DNA of 64,000 bases from Eukaryota sp. TZLM1-RC (taxonomy: Eukaryota > Protista > Metamonada: BaSk clade). The notes beneath the pieces were generated by a model, which worked only from the letters and a program-made list of their open reading frames with translations, was not told the DNA's origin and searched no databases. The stretch spans positions 2,046,001 to 2,110,000 of the forward strand of contig JAUPSS010000002.1 of assembly GCA_040285825.1 (NCBI GenBank), written 5' to 3'. A program made the translations under genes and the position numbers. Each line of letters begins with the position of its first letter. Positions within the stretch are counted from its first letter, which is position 1. This document shows, piece by piece, positions 22,805 through 34,136 of this stretch.

Positions 22805-25800
22805 TTGCTACCAACCCTTTTGGCAAAACATGTTTTAATAGAAATGCATTTATTAGTCAACAAAAAAAGTTTGTTGGCATCGATTGTTTTTGGTCGTGTC
22901 AAACACAAAGCTTCTAAATTTTTAAATCCTCATCAATTTGGAATAAAAACAATTGATGGTGCTTCTGTGGCTGCTCTTGCCTCTGATACTTTTTTAAATT
23001 CAGAGGATAATAATTTTCTTTTTGATCTCGACTTCAAAAATGCTTTTAATTCTGTGAAACGAAAAGCAATTTTTGATGTAATTAAATCTGATTTTCCTGA
23101 GCTTCCAATTTATTTCTATCACTTTTATGGTAAAGAATCAAATTTAATTTTTAATTCATTTGGTTTAAAATCATCTTCAAGTGAAAAACAAGGTGATTCT
23201 TCAGTTACTTTCTTGTTTTGTTTAGCTATTCACAAAATTTTAGATATCATTAAGCAAAAATATCCTTCCCTAAAAATAGTTGCTTTTATGGATGATATAT
23301 CCCTGATTGGTTCATTTGATTGACTACAATTGCTTGCTCAAGAAATTGCCGATTCATATGAAAATATTGGGCTTCATCTTAATGCGAGCAAATGCCTTCT
23401 GATTGGCTCTTCTGCTCAGGATCTTGTGATAAACGATTCTCTTGTCCCTTTTACTAACTATAGTAGTGATGCTTTTATAGTTTCTTGGTTGTTGGTTAGG
23501 AAATGTGCCTCAAATTCGGAATGAATTACAAGTTACTATGGAAAAAATGAAAATTGAACTTGATTCGATTTCTTTTTTATATTTAGAAAAACATATTGAA
23601 TTTTTTATACTTAAAATTTGCTATACTGGGAGAATAACCACATTTTGAGATTTTGTGCCCCTTCCATAGCATTAAATTTTTCTGTCGTTCCTTTAAGTCA
23701 TTGAGAACAGACTTTTTTTTCTGATTTATTGGATGTAGAAAGGAATGTTGAAAAGTCACTTATTTTCTTCAGCAAATTTGGGTGGTATTGGATTTACAAA
23801 ATCTTCTATTTGGTGTCAATCAGCATTTTTGGGTGGAGGCAAGAATTTTATTTACGAATTTTTTCGTAAATTTCCGGCAAATTCTCATTTATTAGTTCCC
23901 AGTTGCAGTCCATATTTGAATGGGTTATTTTGTGAACTCCATAGATTGCCGCCACAAATCTAGATCAAATGTTTTCCCCAATCAATTCAAGAAATTCCGA
24001 ACCAACCTCTTTTTAATTTGCAATTTTGCTGTAAAAAGCTTCAACAAAAATTGTCAAAGATTTTCGAAAACTTGGATTTTGATGTTAGACTTTTGCAAAT
24101 TTTTTACAAGATATGTGTGATAGTTCATCTTCTGCCTTAGTAACAACAACTCCTCAAGTTCATGGCACTCTCTTAACTGATTATGCCTGGCGTTGAATAT
24201 GAGATTTCGCTCCTTTATCTCGCCTGATAATTTACCTCATAATTTAATTTGTAAACTCGAAAAATTACAATTACTGATTTGTTAAATTGTAAACAATTTA
24301 TTACTTATAGAAGCAAGGTTCACGATGCTGTAAGAGACCAATTATATTATATGTGTAAGTCTAATAGAATTGAATCCTTTTTGGAACCTCTGTTGTCAAA
24401 TCTGTTTGATGCAGAAGATGATTTTCATAAGAATAATAGAGGTGATGTTATATTACCTGGATTAGATGGACTCTTCATTTTATTGGATGTAATGTCTATT
24501 GATCCTTGTAATGCCTCAAATGAAAGGCTTGCTAATTCTGAAATTCATAATCCTCTTTCAAATGCTGAAAATTTCAAAATCAAAAAATACAATGAACCTT
24601 TGTCCAAATTGTCCGGTCAACAGCATGCAAAATATAATTTGTATCCATTTGTATTTTGTCTATTTGGTTCACTTGCTCCAACGGCTATACGTAATTCATA
24701 ATACTTTCTCATCTGTGTTTTATTTGGCCCAATAACGTTCCTCATATTTTGGTTTGCGAATGTGGATCAAAAATGATCAATGATTTGTCCAAATCATTTG
24801 TTTAACTGTAAACATTTTATTACTTTTCGAACAAAAGTTTATGATGCAGTTAGAGATCAGTTTTATTGTATGTCAAAGTCTCACAAAATTGTCTCCTATT
24901 TGGAATCATTACTTTCTAGTTTGGTTGATGAGGACACTTTGAATTCTTTTGGTCGTAACAGAGGTGATTTAATGCTTGAAGGACTTGATGGGACCACTAT
25001 CATTACTGATGTGAGTTCAACTGATGTGGGTAATAATTCTTTCATACCATTAGCTCAGTCAAAACACAAGAATCCGCTGTGTGTTGCCGAAAATTCTAAA
25101 ATTGATAAATATAAAGCAAGGTTGGTTTCCTTGAATGCTGAATCTCACACTCATCATGTCCTTTGTCCATTTGCTTTTTCCTCACATGGTACGCTTGGAC
25201 CACTTGCTTTATCTTTTTTGGATGATTTTGTTCAAATTGTAAAACAACGTACAGGAAGAATCTTTGACAAAACGTTTTGGCAGAACAGAATTGTATTTTC
25301 AATTCTCAAAGGTGTTGTATCTTTATTATCCTCTGCTTTATTATCTCTTGGTCGCTTTTATGAAGGAAAAACTTCCAGTCAATTTTTGTTGACTGCTTTG
25401 GGATATGAAGATTTATAATTTTTATTTTTGTGTTTAGTTTTTTAAAAGTAATGATTTAAATTTAATTTTTTTAAAAGCTGAAAATTTCAAAATCAAAAAA
25501 TACAATGAACCTTTGTCCAAATTGTCCAGCCACTGCTTGCAAGGTACAATTTGTATCCATTTATATTTTCTCTATTTGGGTCACTTGCTCCCACGGCTAT
25601 ACGCCTTTTGGCAAATTTTGAAATGATTGTAAAGAGCAGAAAAAACAGAAATTTCAACAGATTGTTTTGGCAAAATAGAATTATGTTTATTATTTTTAAG
25701 GGGATGTTCAAGATGGTTTCTGCTGCTTTGCTTTCTCTTGGATTTCATTATGAGAGAGATCCATCTAGTTATTTTGTTTTGGGAGAGATGGATTATTTAG

Positions 25801-25814
25801 ATGTTGATTTATAA
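22805..25814 (+). mobile_element. Decayed CRE-like non-LTR retrotransposon (RT + RLE) with a nested second 3' fragment at ~24692-25476
   Basis: RT motifs HQFGI, DFKNAFNSV, KQGD, AFMDD, GLHLNASKC; GGIG; CCHC-RLE region LNC..RSKVHDAVRD, RGD, DV, K..KY, YPF.F..FG. Confidence 0.85.
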
Positions 25815-25879
25815 GTTTTCTAATAAATAAATATATTTCAAAGAAAAACTGTATTTTGGTCCAAAATACTTCAGTCCAA

Positions 25880-26420
25880 TCAAAAACTAGTAAACAAACT
25901 TGAAATTCTATTTCTTCCTGCCCCAAGTCAGCCAAAAAGAATTGACTGGAAGATATTCCTTTATAAAACCGTCCAAAAAATAACGCAGAATTCAATAGAA
26001 GGAAATCAGCTTTAAAAATTGAAAATACAATTCTGAAATACAATGAAAATACAATGAGTGTGAGATTCAGCATTCAAAGATAGCAACTTTGCTTTAAATT
26101 TATCAATCTTAGTTTTTCGGCAACAGATGAGGGGTTTCTATATTTTGACTGAGCTAAAAATACAATTCTGCTTGACTCTGACATACAAAAGAGTTGATCA
26201 CTTATTGCATCATCAACATTTGATGGGATAGTAGGGTGTTCACAACTAGAAAGATGATTTGGAGAAATTTTCGTCCACATTTACAAATCAAATAATGAGG
26301 CACGTTGTCTGGCCAATTGAAACATCGAAGGCACATTGTACATGAAAATGTACTAAAAATAGACCACAGATTCGAGAAATCTGATTAATTGAACTGTTGT
26401 GGACATCTTACAAAAAATTT
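25880..26420 (-). mobile_element. Inverted decayed CRE-like 3' fragment
   Basis: HLSSC..VDDAISDQLFCMS, RIVFSIFK..GRFYKG..SQFFLADLG, homologous to 24780-25418. Confidence 0.7.
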
Positions 26421-26722
26421 GAGAAAGCAGAATTCTCATCTTTGGACGATCCAAGATGAACATTAATATCGAATACTTTAATAATTGTTATTATTAATTT
26501 TATATAAATAAACTGGAATTGGGTGTATCAGGCTGACCAAGGATTAGGAATGTTTATGATTATCTGCTGACCTTCAGCACCCGTTGATCAATAGAGTTGA
26601 GCGTCTTCAACAGAAAATCAGTTCATTTGATTTAAATAAATAGAAACCAAGTGATGTACAAAAGATCTACAGTAATAATCTACAGCTACATTCTGCTCTC
26701 AACACTTCTTCACTTCCTTGCA

Positions 26723-28714
26723 ATGCAGAACAAAATACAACGTGTAGGGAGACAGCTTGGGAGAGTGGGTCGGAAGATCAAAACACTCCATAGATCCTCA
26801 ACTGTCTCTCGATCGTTTAAATTTTTGCAGCACTTAACCATCAAGCAGATCATCGCCCTATGCTCATTTCTTACTAGTCTATATGTTGCTCTTCACTCAG
26901 GGTTCTCCATCAACCAACAAACTATGGGTGATGTCTTTGAACCGTTGTACTACATGGTTTATGGTAAAGGAATCATGAATCTTCAATGGTATCAACGTCA
27001 AGTACCCTCTATCATGCCCATTCTGCTCTACCCTTTTGGTGTGATTCTTAAGCTATTCTTTTCAAAGTATATGGTCCTGTTCCTTTTGCAGGTAATCCCT
27101 GCGATATTGTCCACAATAACTCATCTTCATCTAGCAAACTCTGCTAGTGCACGGTTTGGTAAAGTAGTTGGTCACCTTACCCATGTGTTCCTCTCTTTCA
27201 ACACCTTTGTTTTATGGGGTTCCACGACTCCTGGTGTTGATCTTTTAGTTGTCTCACTCTTCACACTAGCCCTCAGCTACTGGCTTCAGGACCGCATTCC
27301 ATCAATGATATTCTGTCTTGTGATCATGACGTCTCTGAAACCTCCTTTGTTTTTGGTCCTCGCTGCTTTCGTTCTTGAGGAATTGCTAAGATGTGCCAGT
27401 ACACGTAGCTGCCCTCCCAAAACTGTATTCGTCTTCCAGTTGTACTGGACAGTGGTCTTTTCTATCTGCTGTTTGGTAACAATGACGTTCTTTGATTCAG
27501 CATTTCATAGGTCCATCACTTCTTCTTTCATCAATCAATTGTTCTTCAAATCCCATACCAGGCCTTCGGTGCTTTCTTTATTTTGGTTTTTGCTTCGTGA
27601 AAATACTTCCTTTTTATTGGTTTTTGCGACCTTATCTCTCATAGTGTGTTCAGCTATTCGTACACTAACCATTACACTTGTAGCTTCATGCTTCATACTA
27701 CACTTTACTTCCATGTCAACTCCCACAGGATTTGGTTTTGCTGTCCCTTACCTTTCTTTATGTGCAGGAATCACACTGTCCCGTGTTGGTGGATTCTCTA
27801 CTGTCCCCACATCATATGTTAGACCAGATGAAACCCCTCCCACTCCCGATACCGTTGATCTAGACACTACCCCTACCAATGCTGAGAAAATTAAGGTAAA
27901 ACAAGGATACTTACCTCCCAGACAACTGAACCAAGCATTGAAAGGACCTGTGATGGGAGGTTTTGTAGGGTTAGTGTTGGTGGTTGGTTTTGCAATGCTT
28001 TACATCACAACAGGACTGTCATTTGTCGGACTACGTTCTGCTATGGTTGCTCCATTAAAGGATGGTTACAGAAGGTTTGGTCCAGCATCAGCATCAATGT
28101 ACATCAAGTCTACACCAAAAGAGGATCTTCCCATGGGTTGTATTATCACCCTACCTTATTCTTCATGGCTACTACCTCGCCAGTGTGATAAGGCATATGT
28201 TGTCTCTTTCTTTGATGAATACGAAGAAGGAGCGCATGGTGCACCGTACAAAAGGTTTGAGGATAAGAAGATTTCTGCTTATATCGACTTTGATAAAGGA
28301 GGTCCCAAGATTTCCAAAGATACAGACATTTGGAGTCATTTGAAGCAAATTGAAACAATAAACCAAATGGGAGAAGACATTAACTGTGATGACGTCATCC
28401 TGGGAAACAGGATTGGGATGATTTTGATCCAGGGTCAAAAACGACCTTCCCACAAGACGAAGATTCAACTAGAACTGGCTAGTCAACAACGGTTCAAAGA
28501 TGAATATCAATCGATTTGGAACTTTTACTACGAACATTATCTTGCAAATTGTTTGAAATTCTTTTTCCCCACAAATGAAATAAGAGGATTTGATAATTAT
28601 CATTCCCTTTCTTGGAGAGATAGGGTATTGTTTGGGTGGTTGAGACCCAAAGCTAAAAAGTACATGAAACAAAGGAAAATTGGTTTAGTAAATTTCTATA
28701 TTCGTGATAGATAG
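26723..28714 (+). CDS. Multi-pass GT22 (ALG9/PIG-B-like) mannosyltransferase-like protein, divergent
   Basis: About 10 hydrophobic segments; FEPLYYMVYGKG resembles ALG9 WEP.HYL.YG.G; ORF open from 26654. Confidence 0.55.
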   Translation: MQNKIQRVGRQLGRVGRKIKTLHRSSTVSRSFKFLQHLTIKQIIALCSFLTSLYVALHSGFSINQQTMGDVFEPLYYMVYGKGIMNLQWYQRQVPSIMPILLYPFGVILKLFFSKYMVLFLLQVIPAILSTITHLHLANSASARFGKVVGHLTHVFLSFNTFVLWGSTTPGVDLLVVSLFTLALSYWLQDRIPSMIFCLVIMTSLKPPLFLVLAAFVLEELLRCASTRSCPPKTVFVFQLYWTVVFSICCLVTMTFFDSAFHRSITSSFINQLFFKSHTRPSVLSLFWFLLRENTSFLLVFATLSLIVCSAIRTLTITLVASCFILHFTSMSTPTGFGFAVPYLSLCAGITLSRVGGFSTVPTSYVRPDETPPTPDTVDLDTTPTNAEKIKVKQGYLPPRQLNQALKGPVMGGFVGLVLVVGFAMLYITTGLSFVGLRSAMVAPLKDGYRRFGPASASMYIKSTPKEDLPMGCIITLPYSSWLLPRQCDKAYVVSFFDEYEEGAHGAPYKRFEDKKISAYIDFDKGGPKISKDTDIWSHLKQIETINQMGEDINCDDVILGNRIGMILIQGQKRPSHKTKIQLELASQQRFKDEYQSIWNFYYEHYLANCLKFFFPTNEIRGFDNYHSLSWRDRVLFGWLRPKAKKYMKQRKIGLVNFYIRDR

Positions 28715-28822
28715 TGAGGAATAAAGAATGAAATTGACAATTATCAACAAAGGACAGAACACTAGATGTTTATAAACACCAAAAATATACAAGAATTAGA
28801 TACAGAAAGAACCAACAGAACC

Positions 28823-29338
28823 TCAACACCAGCTAAGGTCTCTGACTAGCTTCATTAACTCACATACATTGAATCCAGAAGTTGCTACTGAATCAACTAC
28901 CTTTACATCTTTGACTTGACTCATTGAAGTATGATAAAGGCGTTGAAGAACTTCTTCTCGGGTGATTGCACCTGGTTTGTCCTGTTTATTGGCTACAATG
29001 AATATATTAGTGTTTGAGCAAAGGGGAAGCAGATAATGAAGTTCAGTGGTTGCTTCTTCAATGGTATCGGTATCAGCAGAGTCCACTACAAAAACAATGA
29101 CGTCCACTCCATCCTCAAGATGATGTTTCCACAAGTGACGATTGCCAACATTACCATTCAAGTCTATGAGAAAATAATGAAATGCTCCCTTTCGACAATG
29201 ATGAATATTTAAGTAATTTGATTGAATAGTAGAAGATATGTGGTGGCCATTGAACAAGGAAAGCAAGGAACCTACTAGAGTTGTTTTTCCGGCATTAGAC
29301 AAGCCAATGAAGAGGAGTGATTTGTACAGTGACTTCAT
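28823..29338 (-). CDS. Divergent Arf/Arl-family small GTPase
   Basis: G1 GLSNAGKTT, G3 DLNG, R.LW.H, VFVVDSAD, G4 ANKQD, G5 SVATSG. Confidence 0.85.
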   Translation of the reverse strand: MKSLYKSLLFIGLSNAGKTTLVGSLLSLFNGHHISSTIQSNYLNIHHCRKGAFHYFLIDLNGNVGNRHLWKHHLEDGVDVIVFVVDSADTDTIEEATTELHYLLPLCSNTNIFIVANKQDKPGAITREEVLQRLYHTSMSQVKDVKVVDSVATSGFNVCELMKLVRDLSWC

Positions 29339-29467
29339 TCTTCTAGAATAAAGTAGAGGGTCGGAGTTTTTTTGTAAAAAGAGTTTCTTCAGGATCCTTC
29401 CTCTTAGCCTTCCTCAACCTTGCCTCTCTCTCCTATACTGTTTGAACACTTTCATTTACACGTGCTT
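29339..29467 (-). mobile_element. Decayed Fanzor-D 3' end abutting the Arl start codon (core internally deleted)
   Basis: aagcacgtgtaaat..agagaggcaaggttga..gaagaaactctt..aaaaaactccgaccctctac aligns with the Fanzor-D C-terminus and leader reconstructed at 36105-36880. Confidence 0.65.
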
Positions 29468-30146
29468 ATTTGTACAGTTTTTCAGCAGATGCGGGGTCAA
29501 TTTCAAAATTTTTTTTCTTAAATAGACGAAATAATGGAATTGTTGTCCATTTATAGTATTGGTATTTTTGAATTCGCAGCAGAATAGGAAAAATTATTGA
29601 TGTACCACTTTGACGTGTAGAATAGTTTCATTTCTTCTGTTCCTTGGCCTTCTTTAATAAATCTGCCAGCATTCCCATGTACGTTGGCTTGTGCGTATAA
29701 CGTTCCACCGTGGATACAAGACCAGAAAGACAGAAGTATAAAACTTATAACCAAAACATTAATCAATATCTAGAGTTGCACCTTACTAATTATGTGAAGC
29801 TAAAGGTCAAGTTGTGTTAACTGGACAAGAGTTTTCTTTATATATTTTTCCTTTATTTCTTAATAATGGATATCGGGTCTGTTGATCATTCATACACTTC
29901 CAAGTAGATTGAATGGTGTATAAGCACAGCATATTAGATGCATGGATTGAAGAATAAGAGCGGTAGTGTACATACAAGGGGTAATTGATGTGTTCCCATT
30001 CCATATAAATACACTACCATAGCATTAATTATTTCAAAACAAAATTTATTCTATAGACAAAAAATAAATTCTTTAAATTACAACTGACACATGTACAATA
30101 AAGGATAATCATCATTCAAAAAACATCATATTCTAAATTTCAAAAT

Positions 30147-31409
30147 CTAAAGCAGTATACTCTTAATCTTTGATCTTAAAGCTACAGCATCTTCATCTTC
30201 GTTCCGTTCCTCTTTGGAAAGTTCTGCATAAATACCCTCAAATATTTCAAACTGCTCCCTTGCCTCCTCCAGCCTTGCAAAGTTAATCAATGAAGCACAA
30301 AAGTTGAGCCTTGTTGTCCAATCATCTTTGAGTTCCAACGACCTTTCATAGGCTGCAATACAATTGTCAAAATCGTTCAACTTCCCCAATACCACTCCCA
30401 AATACGTAAATGCGGTGTGGAAATCTGGTTTAAGGTTTAAACAAGTTGAGAGATAATGAAAAGCAGAAGCATATTGCTCACAATTCATATAGACTAACGC
30501 TAGATTAAATGGAATTATCCATTCAAAGGGACCGTATTGGGTCGCCTTTTTTAAACAAGCCACAGAAGCTAAAAGATCATTCTTCCCAAAGAAACACATC
30601 CCAATATTGTTCCATAGTTGAGCAGAAGTGGGCATCTGCTTTACTGCCAACCTATACTTTACGAGAGCCACATCATTATCTGAACTGTCCTGAATCATAG
30701 AACCAGCTGCTAGAATGGCTTTTGAATCTCTTGGGTCTATTGTAAGCGCGTTACCCAAAAAGTCAAAAGCTTTCGGTAGATCGTCCATTCGCAGACAAAG
30801 CAGACCAAGCGTGGTGAGGATCTTTGGGTTATCAGGGGAGAAATCTAGGGCTTCTTGGTACACTTTGACGGCAAGAGAGAACTGACCAGTAAGTGTGTAA
30901 CACCGGCCAAGCTGTGAAAAGGCACAATCGTGGGGTTCATGGTTGATTGAATTCCGAAGACTTTCAATGGCCTTTTCGAATAGTTTAAGGTACAGCTGAC
31001 ACACTCCAATGCAATACCAAATCTCCCAATCGTCAATACCAAGATTATAAGCTTCGTGAAACACTTCAATAGCAGCTTTGTGCTTCCCTAATAGATGTAG
31101 CGATTTTCCCACTTGTTTAATATTTCTTACTGAATGGGGGTTTAAAAAGGTAGCAACGTGGAAGAGCTGCAGGGATTCATTAATTTTACCCTGGTGTCGG
31201 AAGATAAGACCTTTAATGTAGACTGCATACTCACAAAGTCCATTGGTCTTGGTTAAGACATCATCTATTATAGAAAGACACGACTCAAAGTCTTGACGAG
31301 AGTAAAGTGTGTGTATAAGGTGATTCGAATCCTCTCGAAATGTGGGAGACAGTTCAAGCAGTTTTGCTATGGTTTGAAGAGTTTCAAGATCTTCATTGGG
31401 AACAGTCAT
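30147..31409 (-). CDS. BBS4: BBSome subunit BBS4 (TPR protein)
   Basis: TPR array with CEYA.Y.KGLI.R..GKI.ESL, LLGKHKAAIEV, DVALVKYR, LWNNIGMCFFGK, PFEW.I.FNL, QYASAFHYLS. Confidence 0.93.
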   Translation of the reverse strand: MTVPNEDLETLQTIAKLLELSPTFREDSNHLIHTLYSRQDFESCLSIIDDVLTKTNGLCEYAVYIKGLIFRHQGKINESLQLFHVATFLNPHSVRNIKQVGKSLHLLGKHKAAIEVFHEAYNLGIDDWEIWYCIGVCQLYLKLFEKAIESLRNSINHEPHDCAFSQLGRCYTLTGQFSLAVKVYQEALDFSPDNPKILTTLGLLCLRMDDLPKAFDFLGNALTIDPRDSKAILAAGSMIQDSSDNDVALVKYRLAVKQMPTSAQLWNNIGMCFFGKNDLLASVACLKKATQYGPFEWIIPFNLALVYMNCEQYASAFHYLSTCLNLKPDFHTAFTYLGVVLGKLNDFDNCIAAYERSLELKDDWTTRLNFCASLINFARLEEAREQFEIFEGIYAELSKEERNEDEDAVALRSKIKSILL

Positions 31410-31476
31410 TCTGACAGATATTGTCTATAACAATGAAATAAGTGTCCTTTTTAGACCAATGTAGAGGGACTGAGTT
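31410..31476 (-). promoter_or_regulatory. Conserved 67-nt Fanzor-D right-end leader flush with the BBS4 ATG
   Basis: 59/67 ungapped identity to 36105-36171, including an identical 31-nt core taaaaaggacacttatttcattgttatagac. Confidence 0.85.
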
Positions 31477-31651
31477 TTTTACATCTGTGGTTTTCATTTG
31501 AAATGCATACTTTCATCAAGCATCATTCAAACTTATTCCAAGAACTTTCATTCTTGGTGAGATCGTCCACAGACGTTCTAGAATCCTCGAATAATTGGCC
31601 ACCAATCTCAGTGAGCCCATTTCTCCTCTAGAACAATACGTAGCTTTGAAG

Positions 31652-32798
31652 CTAGTTTCTTTGTGGTCTCTGGAACGCTTCTGGTCTTGTTCCATAGTAG
31701 TGCTCACTAATTGCAATTTTTAGTTGATTAGGTGATTCAGAAATGTCTCTAGACCATACTTGATTACATTCCGGACAACTGAACTAGGCGTTGTGAACTT
31801 TAACTTCATCATCAACTTCTCGATAGATCTTTTGGTGTAGCATCTTGCAGCAGTTCACCTTTGCAGATGTCATATATTCATCTCCGATCTTCACATTAGC
31901 AAGCGAACATTGTAACAACTTGAGAAACGCCTTACGTGTTCACTTTTTGACGTGATGTACCACCACCTCCATTGCCAAACCACACCTTTACTTCTCGACC
32001 GTTTGCAAATTTTTTCACTTTGTTGATAATGGAGCTGAATCTTTTTTGTTTTCTTATAAAGAAGTCAAATGTGTTTCTCCTCAATGCTTTTCGAGCACTC
32101 AGATATAATTGCTGCTTTAGCAATGATTGTCTTACGTTATTACCTTCATAGTCCTTATAGTCACCGATAGTTGATATTTCAAGCAGATAATGGTTCAATT
32201 TCTGCACTTCATAAACATCTATTGATGAGTGGGTCAGTGAAGCGGAGTGATTGATTTTTCGTTGCTTTGGTGCCAAGAAGATATTGGATACGTGCGGCCC
32301 TGAACGTGTTCCAATGCTGGAACCACATAGATTTGAGTGGTTGGGGTCGATGGCCAAGAACACCATTTCCGTTTGGTCATCAGGTGCCTGCCACTCAGTA
32401 GCTTTTGGTTTCTGGCGAGGTCTTGGCCGTTGAACCTTGGCTTGCAAGGTATGTTTTCTATTCCGAGTGGTTTCGTAGTAGTCAAGTTCCCCTCTGGATC
32501 TCTTATCACTCAAGGCTTCTCCGGACAAACTCACTCGTGTTGCTTTGGGGTGCGGTTTGAAAGTTATACGGACATTATCACCATTAGAAGACATGGTGTA
32601 GTCATTAGCTTTTGTTTTAAACAATAAATAAGGGTTTTTCAAAATTGTTTGTGATGTGTTTTTGGAGATAAAATGGTTGAGAACCCATGTGGAAAAGGGG
32701 ACAAAAGCAGGCTTCAAACTAGGGATGGGAGTGAGTCTATTTTGTCTAAAGGAATGTGGAAAGGCTTGCTCCAGGTAGTTTTGGTGGTTTTGGTCCAA
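31652..32798 (-). pseudogene. Fanzor family C, 5'-truncated, with frameshift and stop
   Basis: RuvC-I FLAIDPN, KVWFGNG, RuvC-II GDEYMTS, CPEC..WSRD (RuvC-III), terminal RPEAFQR; stop at 31652-31654. Confidence 0.82.
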
Positions 32799-33636
32799 AC
32801 AATGGAATTAAAGTACTTTATTTATATTAAATAAAGTGACTAAAGTACTTTATCGCTTTGGTCATCCCTGATGGATGCTGTATAAAGTTTCTTCACCCCA
32901 AATTGAACCTCAAGAACAGTATATTCCTGACTTTGATATTAATCCTGATCAATCAAAGAAAAATCAGCCAACGTGCTCATTGAAGTAACGGATTTACAAT
33001 ATTTTTCTACAAACTTATATACTGTAATGAGCCATTCAAGAAGAACTAAAACAGTAAGTAACATTTAGGTACAATCAAGATCAAGGAAGAATTGAGTCAA
33101 AAAGTTTTAAAAGCAAAAGAATACGAGTTTATAGTCATAATGAGTTTCATGAAAGAACAATTAGGTCTTCTGAAAGGCTTATTGATCAATCCAACTGACA
33201 ATTTTCTGAAGTGCAACAAAATTGGATCGACCTAAATAGCAATATGTTTGATCAAAGTAATCAATAGACTATGGTCTATTGAAGTGAAGTTCCTCAAGAA
33301 ATTAATTACTCATTAAACATAATTAAAGCGTCAAACTACAACTGAATCAGAATGGGACACAACTTAATTCCACTTCGACTCCAAAATCAAAAAGTTCAAT
33401 ACATTAACCAAAAATTTTGTTTCATTATATCACCAGTGGTTTGGGACATACCACAAAAATATTATTCGAAATACTGAGATAATGTGTTGAATTCATTCAA
33501 AAAGTTTTAAGGAACGCTTGCATGTTGAGCAAGAATTTCATCCTCAAGACCTGGTTTCTCGACAGGAGGAATTTAGGCAATTTAAGGAGTTTTGTTCATT
33601 ATCCTAAGAACACTTGAAAAATTCCAAGGAATTTTG

Positions 33637-33683
33637 CATTGGTTCACGGAGAAACCATTCATTGTTAGACAATATCTATAGTG
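33637..33683 (+). promoter_or_regulatory. Degenerate Fanzor-D right-end leader flush with the dUTPase ATG
   Basis: cattggt...ttcattgt-tagac-aatatctatagtg-ATG; same 13-nt TAGAC-to-ATG spacing as the other copies. Confidence 0.7.
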
Positions 33684-34136
33684 ATGACAGTACCATTTAT
33701 CTCTGTAAAACAACTGGATCATGCTATTGACTTACCACTTCCCACTCGTCAAACTCCTGGGTCAAGTGGATGCGATGTTTGTGCTGCAATTTCGTCTGAT
33801 ATTATTTTACATCCCAATGAAAGATCACTAGTACCAACTGGTTTAGTTTTAGATATTCCGATAGGTTTTGAGGTTCAAGTTAGGCCACGTAGTGGATTGG
33901 CTTACAAACACGGTGTTACAGTTCTCAACTCTCCTGGGACCATTGATTCAGATTATCGTGGTGAAGTAAAGATTCTGCTGATTAATCATGGTGTCCAATC
34001 ATTCACGATAAAAAGAGGTGAAAGAATTGCTCAATTGGTTCCTTCAAGGGTTTGTCATGATGTCTCCTTCATACAAGTATCTCATGTCACTGATAGCATC
34101 AGGGGGCCTGGTGGTTTTGGGTCCACTGGAGTTTAG
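33684..34136 (+). CDS. dut: Trimeric dUTPase, bacterial type
   Basis: Five motifs: SGCD, VRPRSGLA, NSPGTIDSDYRGE, ERIAQL, RGPGGFGSTG. Confidence 0.95.
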   Translation: MTVPFISVKQLDHAIDLPLPTRQTPGSSGCDVCAAISSDIILHPNERSLVPTGLVLDIPIGFEVQVRPRSGLAYKHGVTVLNSPGTIDSDYRGEVKILLINHGVQSFTIKRGERIAQLVPSRVCHDVSFIQVSHVTDSIRGPGGFGSTGV

